Of a stretch of 64,000 bases of DNA, positions 16,152-24,194 are shown one piece after another (the first letter of the stretch is position 1; every line of letters starts with the position of its first letter). A program made the position numbers and the translations under genes. The notes under the pieces were generated by a model. The model saw only the letters and a list, made by a program, of their open reading frames with translations, did not search any database and was not told the origin of the DNA. Source of the DNA: Bacillota bacterium (GTDB lineage Bacteria > Bacillota > Clostridia > UBA1381); assembly GCA_024685565.1 (NCBI GenBank), contig JAIKVQ010000182.1, positions 11,672 to 75,671 of the forward strand. The letters are read 5' to 3'.

Positions 16152-18389
16152 ATGGCTAAAAATATTGGTGCTACCCTTACTATAAAAGACGGCAATTTTA
16201 AGACCGCCATAAAATCGGCAATATCGGGCACAGAAAACCTCAAAAAGCATACTGCGAATGCTACTGGCTCTCTTAACAAGTTGGGCACACAGGGGGCAAA
16301 AACGGGCGACAAACTGGCAAGTCTGACAAAGAGGGTTATTGGTGTTGTTGCAGCTTATGCCGGGTTTCGCCAAATAGTCAATTTTTCAAAGGAATGTATC
16401 GAGGCGGCGAACAGACAGCAGATGGCTGAAACAAGACTTGAAGCCACTCTTGCAAATGTAAAAGGTACTACGCAAGAAGGAATAGCAGCTTTGCGCACTT
16501 ATGCAAAGGAACTCCAAAGCGTTACAACAATCGGTGACGAAGCTACGATTCAGGGTGTGTCGCAACTCGGTACATTCCAACTACAAACGGATACTATTAA
16601 AACCTTGACCCCTGCTCTTCAAGATTTGGCTGTTGCACAGTTTGGTACTGCCGTTTCCGGTGACCAGATGCAGCAGATGGCAAACCTTATGGGTAAGGTT
16701 ATGGCGGGAAATGTGTCATCGCTTTCAAGATACGGCGTTATTATGGACGAGACGCAGAAGAATATCTTGAAAACAGGCACGGAATCTGAAAGAGCGGCAA
16801 TGCTCGTTGAGGTACTCGGTCAAAACTTTGGTGGACTTGCCGAGAAGATGGCAAACACACCTGCGGGTAGAGTGCAACAACTCAAAAATGCGTGGGGCGA
16901 TATGCAGGAAGTAATAGGCGTTAAACTATATCCTATTGTGACGAAATTCCTAACATACCTAACAGGCAAAATACCCGCCATACAAAGCCTCCTTACAAAT
17001 GTTGCGGATGTTGTTGTGCCTGTTATAGGTGATGCGTTTTCCATGATGACGAGTGCCGCAGATACTATCGGCCCTATCCTTCTTGGTGTTATACAGAATT
17101 GGAAACTTGTAGCAGTAGCCATATTGCCGGTTGTTGCCGCAATAGGCACATATAAGGCGATGGTGGGAGCGGTCAATGCTCTTCAGAATATTTGTAATAT
17201 GACGCTTGGACTATCTGCCACAGAAATGAGTGCTATGTCATTTTCCGAACTTGCTGCTGCATCAGCAAAAGGAATACACACGGCTGCGACAGGTGCTTTG
17301 ACTGCTGCTCAAACTGCATTAAATGCAGCATTCTTGGCATCGCCTATAGGTTGGATAGTGCTTGGCATCGCGGCGGTAGTCGCAGTTATTGTTTTACTTT
17401 GGAACAAATGCGATACCTTCAGGAATTTCATCAAGACAGCATTTCAAAGCGTTGTATCGTGGGCAAAGAATACATGGGAGGGCATAAAAAGCTCACTCGA
17501 ACCGCTCATAGCAGCTATAAAATCAGCATTTACACAGGCTTGGAATGTAATAAAAATAATATGGGATTTTGTATCCCCATATTTTCAGATGGTTTGGAAC
17601 AATATAAAAACTGTATTCTCGGTGGTAGGTGTATATATAGGTGGTATGTTTAACACGGCTTGGACAATAATTCAGGCTATTTGGAATACTGCGGTTGTTT
17701 TTTTTACAGCGATCTGGGACACTATTGCCGGCATTTTCTCTGTTGTAGGTTCTGTGCTTACGGGAGATTGGCAAGGTGCGTGGGATGGCATAAAAGGAAT
17801 CGTATCCACTTGGGGTGAATTTTTTGTGGGTATTTGGGAGTCGATTAAAAGCATATTCTCTGCGGTTGGCTCTTGGTTTTCATCCACATTCTCTGCTGCG
17901 TGGGAAGGCATAAAAGCCATCTTCTCAAATGTAGCGGGCTTCTTCCAGGGTATTTGGGATACCATTACGAGTATGTTTACCAAAATAGGCACGTCAATTG
18001 CCGATGGTGTAAGTGGTGCATTCAAGTCGGTTGTAAATGCCGTTATCAGTTTTGCAGAAAAAATCATAAATGGTTTTATAAAGAGCATCAATGCCGCCAT
18101 ATCTTTCATAAACGCAATTCCGGGTGTTAACATTCCATTGATTGCTGAAGTGAATTTACCAAAGCTTGCAAATGGCGGTATTATCGCAAGTGCAGGTTCT
18201 GTTATGGTCGGTGAGCGTGGGCCCGAAATCCTGAACCTTCCGAAAGGTGCAAGTGTAACACCGCTCAATAAGACAACAAATACGAATAATAATGTATTCT
18301 ATATCACCGTGAACGCTGAAGGGCAGTCTGTAGATGCTATCGTTAATGAACTTGTGCCGAAACTGAAACTTGCCATTGCGAATCTATAA
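16152..18389 (+). CDS. tail tape measure protein
   Basis: 745 aa, helical/TM-rich, with a 40-aa Trp/Phe tandem repeat block. Position after the chaperone. Confidence 0.85.
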   Translation: MAKNIGATLTIKDGNFKTAIKSAISGTENLKKHTANATGSLNKLGTQGAKTGDKLASLTKRVIGVVAAYAGFRQIVNFSKECIEAANRQQMAETRLEATLANVKGTTQEGIAALRTYAKELQSVTTIGDEATIQGVSQLGTFQLQTDTIKTLTPALQDLAVAQFGTAVSGDQMQQMANLMGKVMAGNVSSLSRYGVIMDETQKNILKTGTESERAAMLVEVLGQNFGGLAEKMANTPAGRVQQLKNAWGDMQEVIGVKLYPIVTKFLTYLTGKIPAIQSLLTNVADVVVPVIGDAFSMMTSAADTIGPILLGVIQNWKLVAVAILPVVAAIGTYKAMVGAVNALQNICNMTLGLSATEMSAMSFSELAAASAKGIHTAATGALTAAQTALNAAFLASPIGWIVLGIAAVVAVIVLLWNKCDTFRNFIKTAFQSVVSWAKNTWEGIKSSLEPLIAAIKSAFTQAWNVIKIIWDFVSPYFQMVWNNIKTVFSVVGVYIGGMFNTAWTIIQAIWNTAVVFFTAIWDTIAGIFSVVGSVLTGDWQGAWDGIKGIVSTWGEFFVGIWESIKSIFSAVGSWFSSTFSAAWEGIKAIFSNVAGFFQGIWDTITSMFTKIGTSIADGVSGAFKSVVNAVISFAEKIINGFIKSINAAISFINAIPGVNIPLIAEVNLPKLANGGIIASAGSVMVGERGPEILNLPKGASVTPLNKTTNTNNNVFYITVNAEGQSVDAIVNELVPKLKLAIANL

Positions 18390-18400
18390 GGAGGTAAGAA

Positions 18401-18799
18401 ATGGACATATACTTGAGCGTAAACAATCGAGAGCAAGTCATCTGTTTGCCTGTTTTGCCTTCTGAATTTACAGTTTCAAAGCCGCACTCAAATGAAGTCT
18501 TTGAGACTGTAACGCAAGGTGAACTGAACCTTATAGGAAAGTCGAAGTTAAAAAGCATCTCTTGGAGCAGTTTCTTTCCGTCCAAAGACTATGCATTTTT
18601 GCGCGATAAAAGTTATACTGCATTTGGATATGTATATATGCTTGACACTTGGTATTCACAAAAACTCCCAATGCGGCTTATAATCACCGAAACACCCATT
18701 AATATGGCGTGTACCATTGAGGACTTTTCATATACGATAAAAAAAGACGGTGATATGTATTACAGCATCACCTTGTCGGAGGTGATACTCGTACAATGA
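18401..18799 (+). CDS. tail protein (XkdP position, no LysM recognised)
   Basis: Gene order only. Confidence 0.4.
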   Translation: MDIYLSVNNREQVICLPVLPSEFTVSKPHSNEVFETVTQGELNLIGKSKLKSISWSSFFPSKDYAFLRDKSYTAFGYVYMLDTWYSQKLPMRLIITETPINMACTIEDFSYTIKKDGDMYYSITLSEVILVQ

Positions 18800-19749
18800 A
18801 CGACACGTTTCGACTACTTGCGGATGGCATTGATATTACAGGTATCGTTGGAGGTCTTACATGGCAGAATACGATAGACGAACTTGCCACAAAAATGAAT
18901 TTTGATACAGCAAAATCCGACACACAGTATGTCAATACTTATGAACCGAAAATTGGGAGCATTATCAATCTGTTTACAAACATTGAGATTTTTAGGGGCA
19001 TAGTTATAGCAGTAGATAACGGTGATGAAAAAAGGAACAAATATACCGTTACTGATTTTGGCTGGTATCTTAATAAGTCAAAGGAAACCTATCAGTTTAA
19101 TAATATGCCTGCATACAAAGCAATAAACAAGGTTTGTGCTGATTTTAATATTCCCATAGACAGTATCCCGGAACTTGGCACAGAGATACAGCAGATATAT
19201 GCGGACAAAACTGTGTCGGACATTATTTCCGATATACTTTCCTTATGCGGTGGAGGTTATAATCTTGACGTGACGCCAAAGGGACTACGGATATATAAAT
19301 ACGGCGAGATTTATGCCTATCCCGAATTCCGAATAACTCCGAATACACCTTTGACATACTCTCCCGCTCTGCGTGGGGGTGTGTCACATTCGGCGTCTAT
19401 CGAGGATATGAAAAACAGTATAAAAGTTATAACGGAAGCGGACAAAGTGTTTACTGTGAGAACCGTACTGCAAGATGCCGACAGTATCACAAAATTCGGT
19501 ATGCTACAGGAGGTTGTAAAAATTGATCCCGAAAAGGAAAATGCCCAGGTTGTTGCACAGTCAAAACTTGCAGAACTAAACAGGCAAAAGGAGAGTTTTT
19601 CTTTTGATATGATTGAAGCTATGGACAGCTACACTCGTGCAGGAATGGCAATGGATGTTGACGGAACTCCTTATCTCATAGAGGGCACATCACACAGTAT
19701 AACAAACGGAATACACCATGTGAAAGTCGATCTACGGAGATTAGAATAA
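18796..19749 (+). CDS. baseplate hub-type protein (XkdQ / late control D-like position)
   Basis: 317 aa; gene order after TMP/XkdP. Confidence 0.5.
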   Translation: MNDTFRLLADGIDITGIVGGLTWQNTIDELATKMNFDTAKSDTQYVNTYEPKIGSIINLFTNIEIFRGIVIAVDNGDEKRNKYTVTDFGWYLNKSKETYQFNNMPAYKAINKVCADFNIPIDSIPELGTEIQQIYADKTVSDIISDILSLCGGGYNLDVTPKGLRIYKYGEIYAYPEFRITPNTPLTYSPALRGGVSHSASIEDMKNSIKVITEADKVFTVRTVLQDADSITKFGMLQEVVKIDPEKENAQVVAQSKLAELNRQKESFSFDMIEAMDSYTRAGMAMDVDGTPYLIEGTSHSITNGIHHVKVDLRRLE

Positions 19750-19811
19750 GAAAAAGCCTGCCTTGGCATTACGCTTTAGCAGGTCATTTTCATTTGTATG
19801 GTTTTGTAAGT

Positions 19812-20009
19812 TTAATCCTCGTCATCATTCTTCCATGAAGAGGTAATGTGAACTTCGCCTTTGTCCGTATCCACAGCCATATTTTCACCTATTCGCATGA
19901 GCAAATCTCCGTCCGAATCGATGGCCATATTGTTCGATATGGGGTTTGCAAAGTCTCCATCATCATAATCGAAAAAAGGTCTTATATTTCTTCCTCCGCT
20001 TCCTTTCAA
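19812..20009 (-). CDS. small acidic protein (65 aa) with internal MA(I/V)D(S/T)D repeat
   Basis: TTG start 3 nt after the upstream stop (coupled?). NMAIDSDGDLLMRIGENMAVDTDKGE. The start is uncertain. Confidence 0.4.
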   Translation of the reverse strand: MKGSGGRNIRPFFDYDDGDFANPISNNMAIDSDGDLLMRIGENMAVDTDKGEVHITSSWKNDDED

Positions 20010-20012
20010 AAA

Positions 20013-20240
20013 TCAATCATCGTATTCAATATAATCGGGAGCCCATACAGGGACAAGGTAGTCCTTATTTCTACGGTGGGCATTATGAATTTGTTGATGC
20101 GATTTGTGGTTAGGATTTAACTGGTTTGAATGGTTGTTTGCGTTTGCCCTGTAAGCCTTGTTGTTTGGGTTGTTTTGGTTCGCCCAATTGTCAAGTTGTG
20201 CTTTTGTGTGCGTTTTGCACGATTTTTTCGTACCGCTCAT
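20013..20240 (-). CDS. small basic Asn/His/Lys-rich protein (75 aa)
   Basis: ATG 20240 lies 6 nt after AAAGGAG. NQNNPNNKAYRANANNHSNQLNPNHKSH repeats. The track ORF extension to 20396 has no SD. Confidence 0.55.
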   Translation of the reverse strand: MSGTKKSCKTHTKAQLDNWANQNNPNNKAYRANANNHSNQLNPNHKSHQQIHNAHRRNKDYLVPVWAPDYIEYDD

Positions 20241-20554
20241 AACAATCTCCTTTCTGAACCGAAAACTTAACTCCCCGTTTATGCGCATAAAACTAAAAAA
20301 TACTCTACACACACTAAACCGGAACCCATTAAAAATAATCGGTTCGATTTGTGGTGTAAAGTAAGGAAACAACAGGGGGACAACTACAGTCAACACACAA
20401 CCGCTTTCTTGTTTCTATAATGAGAATTTTGGAAGAAGCAATAGTTTCTTTATTTTACTCTGTCCGTCAAACGCACCAGGCTCAAAGATACAATTCGCAC
20501 TCTCATTCTGCGAACACTAAAAGCCGAAATACACATTGTCGTTTGACAATCTTG

Positions 20555-20583
20555 ATTATAGCAGAAAGAGATTAATATGTCAA
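20555..20583 (-). promoter_or_regulatory. perfect consensus sigma-A promoter (minus strand)
   Basis: TTGACA (20583-20578), 17-nt spacer, TATAAT (20560-20555), followed by the palindrome ATTGTCAAACGACAAT. Confidence 0.7.
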
Positions 20584-20594
20584 TGATTTCTTTT

Positions 20595-21389
20595 TTAATC
20601 ACCCCAAATTCTTAAATGGTCTTTTAATTGGTCTTTTTGGCTATCGGTTAAGCTTGAGTCATTTTCAATTCTTTCAATAGCAGAGGTACTCCATAGATAA
20701 TTGGAATTATCCCTTATATATGCCTCTTTGTCGCTAAAAGACATCTCAGGTGTATAGTTAGGAATGTATGATGAAGATGATGAACTTGAATATGATGAAG
20801 AATACTTTGAACTTGATGATGTTTCTGTCGTTATACTGTCAAGCGCACTTAAAATATCACGTAAAGTCAATTTGCTTAGTGAGAGAAAAGCCGAACTGCA
20901 TAATGCGTACAATGAAAATGTCAATCCCGCAATTAAAAAAGCAGGAAACAAGTAGAGCAGAATGAACAACTTTGAAACCATAATGTTAAGCCACTCAAAC
21001 CTAACAAATATATACGTCAAATAAGTTATGTAGAGCAAGGACGGATATAGAATAAGTCTTGGATTAACAGAGTAATGATGCTTAATGCGATAAAATGTTA
21101 AAACACGAAATACCAATCCCAATATGTAAGGTAAAACAAAAACGAGAATAATAAGCATCAATGGGAATCTATACCAAGTTGTAGGTATGAAGGTAAAAAG
21201 ACCATCAATTTTGTGCCATAAATAATTGATAACACCTATATTTATTCCTGAAATTTCAATTTTTAGATAATGCTCGATAGCACCTGTTGTATAAGCTAAA
21301 GAAAGCACAAAAAATATAATGGAATATATTGTTATAACTATACTGTGGGAATCATATATGTTGGATTTCTGACTACTGCTTATTCTCAT
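20595..21389 (-). CDS. polytopic membrane protein with Ser-rich linker and C-terminal soluble domain (264 aa)
   Basis: Several hydrophobic helices, then TTETSSSSKYSSSYSSSSSSSY, then a ~60-aa hydrophilic tail. AT-rich. Confidence 0.6.
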   Translation of the reverse strand: MRISSSQKSNIYDSHSIVITIYSIIFFVLSLAYTTGAIEHYLKIEISGINIGVINYLWHKIDGLFTFIPTTWYRFPLMLIILVFVLPYILGLVFRVLTFYRIKHHYSVNPRLILYPSLLYITYLTYIFVRFEWLNIMVSKLFILLYLFPAFLIAGLTFSLYALCSSAFLSLSKLTLRDILSALDSITTETSSSSKYSSSYSSSSSSSYIPNYTPEMSFSDKEAYIRDNSNYLWSTSAIERIENDSSLTDSQKDQLKDHLRIWGD

Positions 21390-21402
21390 AAAAACATCTC
21401 CT

Positions 21403-21768
21403 TCAATTATACGAACGAATTGATTTTTTTAATAGTAATATGGGTAAAATCAAATAAAATGAGCCAAAAAGCAATAATAGGAGGATTGATTTATATTTTT
21501 TCATATTAAGAGCTTCTTCGGCAAGTTTGACAGGAAGAGCGACGATATTCCACGCACAAGGCGGAATAATAAAAAGCATCGCAAGGGTTAAAACGTAAAA
21601 GCCCACACTGTATAGAAATTGAATGAAGTCAGATGTTGATGTGCATGAGTCAAAGAAATTTCTACCCCAGAGTATCAATATTATAGCACCTATTGCAATA
21701 GTTTCAATAAAGAAGTATGTGCAAAGATTTTTGACTGTATCACTTTTTTTGTAGGACACTAAAATCAC
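21403..21768 (-). CDS. small membrane protein (about 4 TM, 121 aa)
   Basis: Hydrophobic segments throughout. GTG start, weak SD. Confidence 0.5.
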   Translation of the reverse strand: MILVSYKKSDTVKNLCTYFFIETIAIGAIILILWGRNFFDSCTSTSDFIQFLYSVGFYVLTLAMLFIIPPCAWNIVALPVKLAEEALNMKKYKSILLLLLFGSFYLILPILLLKKSIRSYN

Positions 21769-21793
21769 CCCAATAATTCATATTACAAGAATT

Positions 21794-21823
21794 ATTGTAG
21801 CATATAATAATTGTTTTTGTCAA
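21794..21823 (-). promoter_or_regulatory. sigma-A-type promoter for the two membrane-protein genes
   Basis: Minus strand: TTGACA (21823-21818), 18-nt spacer, TACAAT (21799-21794). Confidence 0.55.
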
Positions 21824-21869
21824 TTGAACATACAAGAATGGTGTGTATCACGTAAGGGAGGTGCCAGTT

Positions 21870-22136
21870 TTGGACGGAATAACGGAACTTGCAAAGCTAT
21901 TAAAGGAGCGGGAAAATGAAAAAGGATACTCTCCTATTTTCGGAACAATAATAGAGTTGCCGAACACAAAAATTCGTATAAGCGATAAGATTATTTTAAC
22001 CGACAGCTACATAAAAACACTATTTGATTTCAAGCAGCAAAATGCTGATAACGAATATATCTATCTTGGATCTAAAGTACTTCTATTACCTTACCAGAAT
22101 AACCAAAAATTTATAATGATTGGGGTGTTGCGATAA
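21870..22136 (+). CDS. baseplate protein (XkdR / DUF2577-like)
   Basis: TTG 21870 lies 6 nt after AGGGAGGTG. SPIFGTIIELPNTKIRISDKIILT block and gene order. Confidence 0.55.
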   Translation: MDGITELAKLLKERENEKGYSPIFGTIIELPNTKIRISDKIILTDSYIKTLFDFKQQNADNEYIYLGSKVLLLPYQNNQKFIMIGVLR

Positions 22137-22561
22137 TGTTTCCTGTAACTAATAATATTACTCTCTCATCATCAGCTGAGAACTACAATACAAAGTCATA
22201 TCTATTTGATTTTGATATAGGAGATTTTGTGATACGAGACGGAAAACTCATAGAATGTGACGGCTTGGAAGCAATCAAAGTGTGGATAGAAAAAATACTA
22301 CGAACAGAAAAAGGACGATACAAAATTTATGATGAAACCATATACGGCGCAAGGCTTGAGGACTTGATTGTGGGAAACAACTATTCGGTGGAATTTATTG
22401 AATCAGAGCTTAAGCGAGAAATTGAGGACGCACTTCTTCAAAATCCGAAGATAAGCTCTGTTACTAATATGAAAATAACGCGGGAAGTAAATTCTTTGAC
22501 GGTTGAATTGGAGGTGATAACAAGTGACAAAGGAGGAAATCTTATCACGGTTACTGTCTAA
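22136..22561 (+). CDS. baseplate protein (XkdS / DUF2634-like)
   Basis: FDFDIGDFVIRDGKLIECDGLEAIKVWIEKILRTEKGRYKIYDETIYG motif block. Confidence 0.7.
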   Translation: MFPVTNNITLSSSAENYNTKSYLFDFDIGDFVIRDGKLIECDGLEAIKVWIEKILRTEKGRYKIYDETIYGARLEDLIVGNNYSVEFIESELKREIEDALLQNPKISSVTNMKITREVNSLTVELEVITSDKGGNLITVTV

Positions 22562-23558
22562 TATTTCAGATGAGTACGACAAATCAGTCGGCTCATTTTT
22601 TTATGATGTAGAAAAGCCCGTATCCGATGAACTTGAAACTGTTTACAGCCAGGTTGAGGATATACTAAAAAACGGATTTGCAAAAACCGCAGAGGGGAAA
22701 TACCTTGACAACAAGGTTGCGGAGCAGGGCTTGATTAGAAAACCTGCAACGGCTGCAACCGTCATGGTTAAGATATCAGGGGCTCAAGGGAGCGAAATAT
22801 CTAAGGGTGATAAGGTCGCATCGGATGAGCTTGTCTTTACCGTAACTGAAAATGCCGTAATAGATGTGGACGGATTTGTGTATGTTACGGCAAGCTGTGA
22901 TACTCCGGGCAAAATAGGAAACATCCCTGTCGGTGCAATAAATAGATTTCCCGTAACGCTTCCGGGACTTGTTACGGTAACAAACGAGGAAGCAGCGACA
23001 GGCGGTTATGATGAGGAAACAGACGACGAGCTTCGGGAACGGTATTTTGAAAAGGTATCCCTTCCTGCAACCTCCGGCAGTAAGCACCATTATGAGGCAT
23101 GGGCAAAGGAAGTCAGCGGTGTTGGTGATGCGAAGTGCATACCGCTTTGGAATGGTGCAGGAACTGTCAAGGTTATTATTATCAATGCAGATAAAGGTGT
23201 GGCAAGCTCTGAACTGATAGCAGAAGTCACGGCACATATTGAGGAAAACCGCCCGATAGGTGCGTCTGTTACGGTTGAGAGTGCGGAGCCGCTTATAATA
23301 GACATTTCAGTTTCGCTTGTGCTTGGAAACGGCCTAACGGAGGAAGTTGCGATAGGCAGAATAACCGAAAAAGTAACGGACTTTTTGCAGAATAACGCTT
23401 TTTCAGCTACATACATTTCATTCGCACAGATAGGCAGTTGTATCCTAAATTGTGAAGGTATTATGGATTACACAGATCTAACAATTAACGGTGGAACTGA
23501 AAATGTAACGGTATCTGAAACCTCGGTACCTGTTTTGGGGGTGATTACAATTGTTTGA
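22524..23558 (+). CDS. baseplate J-like protein (XkdT)
   Basis: DKSVGSFFYDVEKPVSDELE...FAKTAEGKYLDNKVAEQGLIRKPATAA... typical of the Baseplate_J family. Confidence 0.75.
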   Translation: MTKEEILSRLLSNISDEYDKSVGSFFYDVEKPVSDELETVYSQVEDILKNGFAKTAEGKYLDNKVAEQGLIRKPATAATVMVKISGAQGSEISKGDKVASDELVFTVTENAVIDVDGFVYVTASCDTPGKIGNIPVGAINRFPVTLPGLVTVTNEEAATGGYDEETDDELRERYFEKVSLPATSGSKHHYEAWAKEVSGVGDAKCIPLWNGAGTVKVIIINADKGVASSELIAEVTAHIEENRPIGASVTVESAEPLIIDISVSLVLGNGLTEEVAIGRITEKVTDFLQNNAFSATYISFAQIGSCILNCEGIMDYTDLTINGGTENVTVSETSVPVLGVITIV

Positions 23559-24192
23559 GGATTTACCTTCATACTATAGAAAATCAGCAGTTATTCAGGA
23601 AATAGTAAGTAGCATAGAAGCAGAATTCAGTCGACTTCAAAATGAAACCATCCTGACGGAAAATCAGTTTTTTATTTTGCTTTCGGAGCGGGACATAGAA
23701 AAGCACGAAAGGGATGTTGGGATTAATCCCGACACCGATGCAGATATTGAAACGCGACGAAGTAGGGTTTTGTCGAAACTTCGCGGTACAGGAACTGTTA
23801 CAAAATCGATGATGAAGAATGTAGCAAAATCCTTTATAAACGGAGATATAGAAATAATAGAGTTTCCGTCACAGTACTTATTTTCAGTTAAATTCACTTC
23901 AAGAACAGGTATTCCGTATAACCTTTCAGATATTCAAGACATGATAGAAGAAATCAAGCCTGCACACCTTTCGGTTGAATATATTTTCACATACAGAATA
24001 TGGCAGGATATTTTGAGTATTTTGGGTGATTGGAACGGAGTGAATGCTTATACGTGGGATTGGCTGTTATCCTTTGAGGCACAGCAAAGTATTTATATAG
24101 ATGACGATAACAAACTATATTTTGATCCCAATGGCAGAGGGAATGCCATTGTAGTTTGGGATAATAATAGAGCATACGCAAGGAGGGTTTAA
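23551..24192 (+). CDS. tail protein (XkdU / DUF2313-like)
   Basis: LPSYYRKSAVIQEI... N-terminus and gene order. Confidence 0.6.
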   Translation: MFEDLPSYYRKSAVIQEIVSSIEAEFSRLQNETILTENQFFILLSERDIEKHERDVGINPDTDADIETRRSRVLSKLRGTGTVTKSMMKNVAKSFINGDIEIIEFPSQYLFSVKFTSRTGIPYNLSDIQDMIEEIKPAHLSVEYIFTYRIWQDILSILGDWNGVNAYTWDWLLSFEAQQSIYIDDDNKLYFDPNGRGNAIVVWDNNRAYARRV

Positions 24193-24194
24193 TT

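Noticed and set aside
17672-18268. 198-aa antisense ORF inside the tape measure gene. Similar long shadow ORFs occur at 57885..58559, 9977..10567, 7209..7880, 3802..4449, 4284..4826 and 48512..48991.
   Set aside because: All lie opposite strongly supported genes. They lack SD sequences, have low-complexity or odd composition, and several run across promoters and terminators. I treat them as shadow frames.
20335-20360. tRNA-like GGTTCGATT (T-loop-like) motif; more generally, a search for tRNA or tmRNA genes near the element boundaries
   Set aside because: No acceptor or anticodon stems can be drawn around it. I saw no convincing cloverleaf anywhere in the window by eye. A tRNAscan run would be needed for certainty.
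20764-20830. Ser-codon-rich tract as a slipped-strand contingency repeat
   Set aside because: The tract is an imperfect mix of TCA/TCT/AGT-type codons read on the minus strand, not a perfect homopolymer or short tandem repeat. It is more likely a low-complexity linker.
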